DNA from: a virus
Taxonomy: Duplodnaviria > Caudoviricetes
Reading direction: 5' to 3' (one strand)
DNA: 63,102 bases
Virus record (IMG/VR): IMGVR_UViG_3300031952_000016
Span: 1-63,102 of that record
Shown one piece after another: positions 8,523-18,300 of the stretch (its first letter is position 1; the number at the start of each line of letters is the position of its first letter). Below the pieces are notes generated by a model. The model saw only the letters and a list, made by a program, of their open reading frames with translations. It searched no databases and was not told the DNA's origin. Both the position numbers and the translations under genes were made by a program.

Positions 8523-9823
8523 TAACAGACAAGAGCCAAATAGATGCTGTGATTGATATTCTCAATGCAGTTCCTGAAGTATTTGTAAGTAATACTATTC
8601 AATTTAGAGATTATCAAACTAAGATTATATATGAAGGAGCTAAGATTATAAAAGAACACGGCTTCTTATATCTCGCAATGGAAGTGAGAATAGGTAAGAC
8701 CTTAACAAGTCTCGGTATAGCGTCAAAGATTTCAAGTAGCAACGTACTTTTCTTAACAAAAAAGAAAGCTATTAGTAGTATTCAAAAGGATTACGAGATG
8801 CTTAGCCCTTTCTATCATTTAACAGTTATCAACTACGAGAGTTTACATAAGTTACCCGATACTAAATGGGATTTGATTGTCTGTGATGAGGCTCACTCTA
8901 TGGGAGCTTTTACTAAGCCAAGTAGAAGAGCTATTCAAGTTAAAGACTTGATAGTAAAGACTAAAGCCAATGTTATTCTCCTATCGGGAACTCCAACTCC
9001 TGAGTCGTACTCTCAGATGTATCATCAGGTTTATGGCATACCGAACAACCCTTTCAGAGAGTTTAAAAATTTCTACAGATTTTGTGATAAATTTGTAATT
9101 GTAAAGAACAAAATGATTAACGGATTGTCGATGAATGATTACTCCGAAGGTATGTACACCATTATTGAAGCGATGGCTCCTTTCACAATCAACTACACTC
9201 AAGCTGAAGCAGGATTCGTGGCTACAACTACAGAAGAGATATTTGAGGTTGAGCTGAAAGAATTAACTTATAAGTTAATTAATAAGCTAAAAAGAGATTT
9301 AGTTGTTGAAGGAAAGGATGAAGTAATACTCGGAGATACACCTGTAAAACTAATGAGTAAAATACATCAGTTGTACTCAGGAACGGTTAAGTTTGAGAGT
9401 GGAAAGTCAATGGTTATTGACACTACCAAAGCTGAGTTTATCAAAGAGCAGTGGGAGGGGTGTCAGATTGGTATCTTCTATAAGTTTAAAGAAGAATTAG
9501 TAGCTTTACAGAAAATATTCGGAGATGAACTTACCACTGAGCTAGATGAATTTAATGATAGTTTTAAGAACATTGCATTGCAGATTGTATCAGGGCGAGA
9601 AGGCATTAGTTTAAAGAAAGCAGACTACCTTGTATACTATAACATAGACTTCAGTGCGACAAGCTATTGGCAGTCTAAAGATAGAATGACTACCAAAGAA
9701 AGATTAGAGAACCAAGTATTTTGGATTTTTGCTAAGGGAGGTATTGAACAAGAGATTTATAAAGCAGTAACTAAGAAGAAAGACTATACATTAGCACACT
9801 TTAAAAAAGATTTTTACTTATGA
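8519..9823 (+). CDS. superfamily 2 (SNF2-like) helicase
   Basis: FRDYQ, RIGKT, INYESL, CDEAH, LSGTP, EGISL, QSKDR. Confidence 0.85.
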   Translation: MITDKSQIDAVIDILNAVPEVFVSNTIQFRDYQTKIIYEGAKIIKEHGFLYLAMEVRIGKTLTSLGIASKISSSNVLFLTKKKAISSIQKDYEMLSPFYHLTVINYESLHKLPDTKWDLIVCDEAHSMGAFTKPSRRAIQVKDLIVKTKANVILLSGTPTPESYSQMYHQVYGIPNNPFREFKNFYRFCDKFVIVKNKMINGLSMNDYSEGMYTIIEAMAPFTINYTQAEAGFVATTTEEIFEVELKELTYKLINKLKRDLVVEGKDEVILGDTPVKLMSKIHQLYSGTVKFESGKSMVIDTTKAEFIKEQWEGCQIGIFYKFKEELVALQKIFGDELTTELDEFNDSFKNIALQIVSGREGISLKKADYLVYYNIDFSATSYWQSKDRMTTKERLENQVFWIFAKGGIEQEIYKAVTKKKDYTLAHFKKDFYL

Positions 9824-10017
9824 AACCAAGAGAAAATGTATTTGATGTTGAAGCAATAGAGGCACAAATAAAAATTAATCAAGAAAGAGAAGATAACTTT
9901 GCTATTGCGTTTCATCAATGGATGAGAAAAAATGACACTCAGGAAAATGCTGAGAAGTATTTCCACTATACAGATAAAGATATGTTAAACGCATTTAAAG
10001 AAGAAAAAGGATTATGA
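9820..10017 (+). CDS. hypothetical protein (FAIxF..W...EKGL type)
   Basis: ORF track; paralogous C-terminus with 10192..10395. Confidence 0.7.
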   Translation: MKPRENVFDVEAIEAQIKINQEREDNFAIAFHQWMRKNDTQENAEKYFHYTDKDMLNAFKEEKGL

Positions 10018-10205
10018 ATACAATTTATTTTCAACCACCGGGCATCAAAGAGCAATATTGCGAAGCAGGTATGATTTCAGAAACAGACCCTGATTATATT
10101 TGGTATTACAGCGAACCTTGTAAAGTTTTAATAAGTGAAGTTAAAATTATACCAAAAGAAAATGTAATTTATAATAAAAAAAATAGGCTATATGAAATTA
10201 AATAA
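10014..10205 (+). CDS. hypothetical protein
   Basis: ORF track; ATGA coupling. Confidence 0.65.
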   Translation: MNTIYFQPPGIKEQYCEAGMISETDPDYIWYYSEPCKVLISEVKIIPKENVIYNKKNRLYEIK

Positions 10206-10395
10206 AAAATATTGTGCATTAATAGATAGCGATAATGGATATGATAATCAATTATTAGCTGATTGTTGTGAGAATATAGCAGATGAATTTGCTATTGGAT
10301 TTAACGATTGGGTAAATGTGAATGCTTACAAATTTTCAACAAAAATAACTACACAAGAACTATTAGAAATCTATAAAAAAGAAAAAGGATTATGA
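10192..10395 (+). CDS. hypothetical protein (FAIxF..W...EKGL type)
   Basis: ORF track. Confidence 0.7.
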   Translation: MKLNKKYCALIDSDNGYDNQLLADCCENIADEFAIGFNDWVNVNAYKFSTKITTQELLEIYKKEKGL

Positions 10396-10508
10396 ATTGG
10401 GAATATCAAGAAGAAGCAAAAGAGTGTACCTGCAAATATTGTGGAGAGGACTCAGAGAGAGAATTTTGTAGTAATGAATGTTTAAAAGCATATAAATCAG
10501 ACAACTAA
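10392..10508 (+). CDS. 38-aa zinc-finger-like peptide
   Basis: Manual translation with CKYC...FCSNEC. Confidence 0.6.
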   Translation: MNWEYQEEAKECTCKYCGEDSEREFCSNECLKAYKSDN

Positions 10509-10509
10509 G

Positions 10510-10788
10510 ATGAGAAACAAACTAGCCGGGAAACACCCATCGTATGACAAGTTAGGTATGTCAGAAGAAAGAAAGAAAAAGAAGTTAGCCTACGATAAGA
10601 AGTATCAGGACAATCCTAAAAGAGTCAAGTATCGTCAGGAGCTTAACAAAGCCAATCGTGATGCCGGAACCTACGGTAATGGAGATGGTAAAGATATGAG
10701 CCATACCAAAGCTGGGACTATGGTAAAAGAGAATATGATGTCCAATCGTGGGCGTAATGGTCAGAACGGGAAGTCAAGTAAGAAGTGA
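10510..10788 (+). CDS. small basic protein, possibly a minimal HNH-like domain
   Basis: GDGKDMSH...NRGRNG pattern. Confidence 0.55.
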   Translation: MRNKLAGKHPSYDKLGMSEERKKKKLAYDKKYQDNPKRVKYRQELNKANRDAGTYGNGDGKDMSHTKAGTMVKENMMSNRGRNGQNGKSSKK

Positions 10789-11027
10789 AAGAAAGTAAGA
10801 TACAGTCTGACAAAATAAAAGAACTTGAAGCTCAGGGGTACTATGTTATTAAGTTAATTCTTACAAATAAGAAAGGTATCCCTGACATCATTGCTATACC
10901 TCCTAACTCCGATGTTGAGTTCTACGAAGTCAAAGGACCTACAGGAGGGCTAGAGCCACTACAAGTATTTAGAATAAAAGAACTAACAAAGCACGGTGTT
11001 AAAGCCGAGCTATATAAACCAATTTAA
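10785..11027 (+). CDS. VRR-NUC domain nuclease
   Basis: ESKIQ, KGIPDII, FYEVKG, LEPLQ; GTG start. Confidence 0.8.
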   Translation: MKESKIQSDKIKELEAQGYYVIKLILTNKKGIPDIIAIPPNSDVEFYEVKGPTGGLEPLQVFRIKELTKHGVKAELYKPI

Positions 11028-11031
11028 TCAA

Positions 11032-11247
11032 ATGGAAAATTATAAAATAGAAGTAAACGAAATATTTTTTAAAAATGTAATTAAATCTTTAAATGAAGGC
11101 GGTCTTTATGCGTTTCCTGATGCGATGGAAGTATATAAGAAAGAAGGAGAATTTCTTGTAGGAAGCGAAGTTGCTTTGTCAAAAATAAAAGATATAGTTA
11201 GCGAAGATTTTTACAATAAGTATTTTAAATTACAAAAATTAAATTAA
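11032..11247 (+). CDS. hypothetical protein
   Basis: ATG after the TTTAATCAA leader. Confidence 0.65.
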   Translation: MENYKIEVNEIFFKNVIKSLNEGGLYAFPDAMEVYKKEGEFLVGSEVALSKIKDIVSEDFYNKYFKLQKLN

Positions 11248-11736
11248 ATGCACGAAAAAGAAATAGAAGAACTCAAAAGAATTGTCAATGATATTTTTTT
11301 AGTAAATTTGGATTCAAAAAGCAGAGAAAGAAATATTGTGGATGCTAGAAAAGTTTACTCTAAGATGTTAAGAGACAGTGGATTTAGTTATGAAGCAATA
11401 GGGAAGACCATAGGTAAATGCCACGCTACGGTTGTGCATTACATTAATAATGTAGAATACATATTATCTTACGATAAGATACTTAGAGATAAGTACATTG
11501 CCTGTAAGAATGATTTTATTAAAAAAAGAGAATCCATTTCAGAACAGATTAAAAAAGATGCAGATGTATATGTAACGGTAATAAGATTGGCAAATGAATT
11601 ACAAGAAGCTATATCGGATAAAAATAGAGTTCTAAATGACTTTGTTGACTATCTTGAAAATTTTCAAAAAACAGCAGGTCATTTCCCAAACGCTTTAGAT
11701 TTAAGAAGACATATACTACCATTGTTTACCAAATAA
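11248..11736 (+). CDS. second DnaA C-terminal-like HTH protein
   Basis: SKSRERNIVDARK...SYEAIGKTIGKCHATVVH. Confidence 0.65.
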   Translation: MHEKEIEELKRIVNDIFLVNLDSKSRERNIVDARKVYSKMLRDSGFSYEAIGKTIGKCHATVVHYINNVEYILSYDKILRDKYIACKNDFIKKRESISEQIKKDADVYVTVIRLANELQEAISDKNRVLNDFVDYLENFQKTAGHFPNALDLRRHILPLFTK

Positions 11737-11747
11737 ATAAATAATGT

Positions 11748-11942
11748 ATGAGCACACCACACCCCCAAGAAAATGAACGAGCAGGTAGAATAGCCTACAG
11801 AATAGAGGAATACCATTCTTTATTAGCTAACATTTACGAGAACCTAGTTGACCGTGATTTTAAAATCGTCAGGAGGGAAGCTCAAATTTTAATTATGGAG
11901 TTGAGGTGTGTGTTAAAATCCACAGAAGAAGATGACTTTTGA
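11748..11942 (+). CDS. hypothetical protein
   Basis: ORF track. Confidence 0.65.
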   Translation: MSTPHPQENERAGRIAYRIEEYHSLLANIYENLVDRDFKIVRREAQILIMELRCVLKSTEEDDF

Positions 11943-12315
11943 AACTGAGCAAGACTTAAAGAGAGAGCATAAAGCAATAACAACATTTGTAAATACATTC
12001 GGAGGCTCGTTTCAAAAACTAGGACCTCAAGATATTGACTACAAAGTGTTCGACAAAGAAGGCAAACTAATTGCATACGTTGAAGTAAAGAGTCGTATAA
12101 GAACTATGCACGATGCATACCCTTTACCTATATCAGCAAAGAAGCTTGTCAAGCTAATGGATAAAAGATTAAATCCTGTGATAGTTTGGTCCTGTGAAGA
12201 TGGTATAATTTACGGACAAGTAAATCGTCTAACAGGAGAAATCAAGTTAGACGATTCAGAGCTTATGGTATTCTACAGCAAGCAGAAACCTTTAAAGTAT
12301 ATTAGATTCGTTTAG
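11932..12315 (+). CDS. PD-(D/E)XK nuclease-like protein
   Basis: DIDYKV...YVEVKSR motif. Confidence 0.6.
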   Translation: MTFETEQDLKREHKAITTFVNTFGGSFQKLGPQDIDYKVFDKEGKLIAYVEVKSRIRTMHDAYPLPISAKKLVKLMDKRLNPVIVWSCEDGIIYGQVNRLTGEIKLDDSELMVFYSKQKPLKYIRFV

Positions 12316-12317
12316 AA

Positions 12318-15300
12318 TTATTTGTATGTTTTTGACTTTCTTACAACTGTTCCATCAGAATTATATCTTTCGCTACTACTACCATAAGAACTACCGTAAG
12401 AACTACCATAAGAACTTTTATCAGAAGTAGATTTTCTGTAATTGTACTCCTTTTCTTCTTTTTTTGTAATTTCTTCATTCATTTTCTCATTAGCCTGCTT
12501 TTCATACTTGTGGTCTTTATACCATTGTGAACGAGGTCCGAAATTTTTATTCCAAAGTCTTCTGTTGTACTTTTTTAAATCTTCTTCATTGTCATAAGAC
12601 TCGTTAGTAATTGGGTTGATAAGTAATTGACTCTTAGCTTCTTTCTCTGCTTTTCTTTCTGCAGTTAATTGAGCTTTTTCTTCAGGACTTTCAGTCAATA
12701 GTTCATTTCTTTTTGTTTCAAGAGCTTCTTCCAACTTAGGATTCGAGTTTTTTTCTAATAGCTTATCAAGAACTTCTACTTTTTCATTTAATTTTTCATC
12801 TACTTTTTGTTCAATTGCAGGAGGATTTTTTAAATCTTTATAGATATTATTCATCACTGTTTTTCTGATGTCTTTGTATAAAGGTATGAATCCTGCATTG
12901 CCTAACACCTCTAAAGGTATTCTAATGTTTTTAACATCTTCCTGTCTCTGAATTGCATCAGCTTCTTTTTTATCTCCGCCACTATATGTCTTTATAATCA
13001 AATTAGTGGTTTTAATTGCAGGACCAAAAGCTCCTGAAAAACTTTCTGCATAGTCATATAATCCTGTTTGCTTTCCTTTTTTCTCTATTGGAATAGATGT
13101 GTACTGTATGGCATCTTTGTATGGGTCATAAGGTCCTTCTCTTAAATCTTGAAGATACTCTTCATTAAACATCTCTAGTCCTTTATTTATAAACATTTTA
13201 GTTGCGTTACCAAAATCTCTATTAAAAAGTAATGAAGTAAAAGTAGATGTCAATGCTTGACCAATAGACTTGTCTAATGCTTTTTCTTCCTCTTCATCAT
13301 CGTCTCCAAATAATAACCCTATTAATCCTGAGCCTAACGCTTTTGAAAGTAAACTATATACAGTCATTCTAGTTGTAACAGCTCCTAGTAATGCAATTCC
13401 TTGTTTCTTACTTAAAGAACCATTACCCATAGCAGCCATTATACCTGTTCTTGCAGAAGTGTATTCGTAAATCAAGAACCTAGTCATAAAGTTATTGAAG
13501 TTATTAAATCCTTTAATAAAGTTAGATTGATTCGGTTTTGATGTTCCTTTTAAAATACCTGTAAAAGTATTATTACTAGCTCCTGTAATTACAGACCTTT
13601 CGTCTGCCGCATCTTTAGCCTTGTCAATAGCCTCTATATTCTGATTCATATATGCTTCATCATTAGCCGCTATCTTTTCAAAATCAATATCTTGACCTGT
13701 TTGTTTCTTAAAATTAGCAGCAAATGCTCCAAACCATATAGGTCTCATTATAGCTTTATCAGGTGTAGTTATTAATACATCAGCCGTTAATTCAACAGCA
13801 TTTTTATATTTCTTACCTGTTAAGTTCCAAATTTGTTGAGCTTTATTTACAACTTTGTTTTTAGCTTTCCCTCCTCTTATTCCATTTGCCTGACTTAAAA
13901 TATTAGTATCAATAAGCCTGCCTGATAAAGTATCAGAAGGAAAAATTCTATTTATCTCCTTGCTATTTACGTTATGCATTATTAATGGAGCGTCAGGAGA
14001 CATAAGTGTAGAAGTGTATTTTAAACCTTCAGCAAATGTTGTAGGGTCGCTTATTATAACAAAACCAACGTTCGATAAAAACTCTGCAGCAAATCTTCCT
14101 GTTCCTGCAAGAATAGAACGATAACCTTGTTTTTTTATATAGTCAATAACATCATCTCCTATTGATGTCTCCATATAACTATTTTGAACTAATCCTTCAA
14201 CTGCTTCTTCAAAAGAATTTTTTATAGCATTTATAATTTTTCTTTTGTCTTTGCTAATTCTTCCTTGATTTTCTAGTTCTGTTATAGCTTTGTTTATAGT
14301 TTTACGAGCAGTACGAATAGGCTCTGTTAAATTATAATCCATTAATACAAACTTAGCTCCCTTGTTAACAGATGCAAATACATCAAAATTAAGAGGAGAT
14401 ACTTTACCTGTTCTTTCTATTAATGATTTTGCTTTTGTAGATGGCTTCAATGAATTGTTGTACTGGTCAGCAAAAGACTCTCCTGATTGCAAATCATTAG
14501 GCTTGGTATCGCTAAGCACGTTTAAGTGAATATAGTTGCTTAAAGGGTTTATTCTTTGACCTCTAATAACTGAAGCAGTGTACTCAGCTTTTTCTGTCAA
14601 AGACTGATTTACTTCTTGAATTGTTTTTATACCTGCTTTTTCTGCACTATTAAAAGAATTGTATAGTTCATCAATATCTATCTCTCCATTAGGCGCAAAT
14701 TTGTCTAATATCTCTTGAAGCATATTGGCATCTCGTTCTTCAAATTGAGACTTTCCTTCATCAATATGTTTTATTGTTGCTTTTAAAAACTCAGCCGCAG
14801 GATTTACTTGTTTGCTATCAGGATTAGAATTGTGCTCAAGTTGAACCATATAAGTCATCATCTTAAACTTAGCCATTAATGTGGCATCAGGATTAAGACT
14901 GTGTGATTTTGCTATTTTTTCTTCCGCATTGGATAGCTTTAATTGAATAGCTTTTAATTCAGCTGTAAACTTAGCCTCTCCTTCAGCCGCTTTTTCTAAT
15001 ATAGAATTAAATATATCTTTCGTTTTAAAGTCTGAAAATATTTGGTCTATATTAAATAACGGATTTCTTCTTATCATCTCAAGAACATAATCTTTTTTTG
15101 TAATAACAGATTTTACCCGAGCATATATTTTTGATAAAGGAAGTAATACTGCTCTTTTTACAGAAGATACTAATGATTTTTTATTATTATTTGAGTTCAA
15201 TTCTTCTATAATCAATTGAGCAGAGTGAGCAAAATATCCATTATTGATATTATCAATGACCTTCAACAAATTCTTTAGTTGAGCATTTGTCAATTCTTTT

Positions 15301-18300
15301 ACCGCAGAAGTTTTTAATAGTGAAGCTAATTTTTTAGCAGCATCACGCTCAATTCTTGTCGGTAATTCATCTGAATTAATAGATAATTTTCCTACTTCTT
15401 TGAGTAAATCGTCTTTTTCTTTTTGTATTTCTGCATCAGTTGCTTGAGTCTTTTCTACTTGAGGAATAATTTCGCTCTTGTATTTATTCATTAGCTCTGC
15501 CTCTTCTTCAGTAATCTCTCCTTCTTTGAGCATCTTCTTAACTGTAGCGGCATAGTTTAATTTACCATCTTCAATTACTTGATTCTCTGAGTAATTAAAC
15601 CTTTGTGATAATTCATCAACAGCTGACCTTTCATTATTTATCTCATCAAGTATATCATTAACGTCATTAATAATTTTAGATTTTTCCTCAAGAGTAAGAA
15701 CAGCTTTTCTTTCAGAGAACATATCTACAAGCTCTATATACCTTTCAAGATTCTTTATAGGGATAAGGCTTGGGTTTATAGAAAGCAATCTTTGTAATGG
15801 TCCAATAAGACCATCAGCTATACCAATCTTAGTATTGATATTTTTCTTAGCGGTTTTTAATTTACCCTTCGCTACATTTATTTTATTATCATAGTCTGCA
15901 TCAGCAAATACCTTAGCCATATAATCTACAAAGTTAGATACTGATATTTCGTTCAGCATATTTACCTTGCTAAACTTAGAAATCATATTTAGAGATTGAG
16001 TAGGCGTTATTTTACCTGATGATTCTAACTCCTTAATTTCTTTTACTAATTGCTGACTAATTTCTTTTGTAGTTTTTATTACATCTTTAGCTCCTCTTAT
16101 TTTATCTCTTATTTGTTTAATCAACAACTCTTTCTCAGTCATTGTAATTTTCTTGATGTCTTTAATTGTTCCAAACAATTTACCTACAGACGGAGCTGAC
16201 TTTTGACTTAATCCAAACTTCTTACGAACCTCACGAACTAATAGTTCTTTTTGTACGTCATTAGCACGTTTATAAACATCTGACCTATTCATATAGTTCA
16301 GCGCATCATCTATCGTCTTACCTCCTGAAATTGCGCTGTCTACAACGCTAGAGAACTTATCGTAACCTTTTAATGCTTGTTCAGATAATTTTTCTCCTTT
16401 ATTGAATTTATTAAGTATTTCATCTTCTATTTTGTCTCTGTTTTTTTGTCCTAATAATCCTACTAAATCTTTTGAAGCTTCTTTAAGAGCTTTTGAGAAC
16501 TCAACTCCTGCATCCATTAATTGACCAAGTTTAATAACGGAGTCAGCGAATGCTCTTTTAAGTACAGTAGAGTCAACACCTTGTTTAGCACTTCCTTTAG
16601 CTCCTTCAGCAACCGCCCAATCAGGTAACTCAAGCTTCATTATTTCATCAGCTATTTTCTTAGCCTTGTCCTCAAATTTAGTTTCAGGAGCAGCTTTAGG
16701 TTTTGTTTTAGGTTTAGGAGTAGGAGCTTCATTTAGGTCTTCAAACTTAAACTCAATCTCTGAGTATCTTTCTCCCATACGGGTATTCAAGAAAGTTTTA
16801 ACTGACTGAGCATCTGATTCAAATGCTTTTTTAGCTCTTCTTAATGTGATTAAATCATAATTACTAGCAGGATTAACCCAAGCACTTGTATCAGGTCCAT
16901 TTGTTTCAAACAAAACCTCTATAGCGTTATCTATTTGCGCTATTCTCTGTTGCACTTTATCGGTAAGAGGCTTTGCTACTACAGGAGATACCTCTTCTAC
17001 TACAGGAGTCTCTGCTACAGGAGTTGGCTCTTCTATTACAGGAGTTACCTCCTCTACCGCAGGAGTCTCTGCTGTAGGAGCTGGCTCAGTTACAACATCT
17101 ATTTCTTGAGGCTTAACTTCTACTACTGTTTCAGGAGCAGGAGTTAATTCTCCTGTTCTTCCTCCTCTGTCAAGTCCTTGAACACTTCCCTGAGTATTTT
17201 TGCTTTTTCTTTTGGCGTTAGCCTCTCGAACTCCTCTGTTAAAACTTTCTCTTGCTGTTGCATCACTATTTATTTTTTTTGTTAAACCTCCTTGTTTTGC
17301 TAAATCAAACATCATAACTTCTGCTAAATCATTAGCCAACTCTCCTTTTATAGAATGAGTTACACCATTTACGTCTGTTATAACAACTCTTTTTACATTT
17401 CCATTCTTATCAGTCTTAATAGATTTTAAACCTGTCCCTTGAGGTGTTATTTTACCTTCAGGAACGCCATCAATTTCTTTCAATATAGTAATACCTCCAT
17501 CTTCACTAATATTAAAGTTAGGAGTTACTTCTTTTGCATTTAGACTATTATCACTCAAAACATCTTGAACAGTACCTAATGAAAACTCTTTGTTGCTATC
17601 TGTAAAAACAACCTCTTGACCATCAAAGAATATATTCCCTTTTAGTTTGTCTCCTGTTATTGGGTCTGTGTACTCGTAAATTTTACCTAATATATTATCT
17701 AAAAATGTTCCTTTTACTTCTTCCGGTTGCGAAGTAGTGATAGTTCCCCCTTGGGTGTCTCCTTCGCCCATTTCTTGCAATCCCAATTCGGGTTGTTCTG
17801 TGCGTAGCACGCTTTCATTTGCTGTTTGTTCTTGAATGGCATCTTGTTTTGTTTTTAAGTTGTCTAATTCTTTTAGTGCTTTTTCTGATTTTTCTACCGA
17901 ACCTTTATCGAATCCACTTTCAGGATTTTCTTTTAAAGCTTTTTTTGCTATCTCTAAAGTTTTTTCAATATATTTTCTTTTATCAGCAAAATATTCATTA
18001 GCCAGTTCTTTTTCCCAATCATAGCTTTTTTCATCTTCAAGAATTCTTTTATTATAATCATCTAAACGTGATATTTCAGGAGTTTCAAAAGAGCCTTCAA
18101 CTTCGCTAACAACTTCATCTGCTAATTGGTTTTCTTGAATATCTTTTATTTTGCCTTTAAGAAGAGAGGCTTTATCTTTACCGGTTTGAGTTTTATTTCC
18201 TTCTAAACCTTTGAGTTCTTTTTCTAACTCGGTAATAGCATTTAGACTTGGTTCATTCAAATTTGGATTAGCTGTTCTAACTTCTTTTTTAATTGCACTT

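Noticed and set aside
480-12076. Short - strand ORFs in the early/replication arm
   Set aside because: They overlap well-supported + strand genes or regulatory DNA and have no independent support.
16975-17080. Tandem DNA repeat as a regulatory or array element
   Set aside because: It is explained by the Pro/Glu/Val linker repeat of the giant protein.
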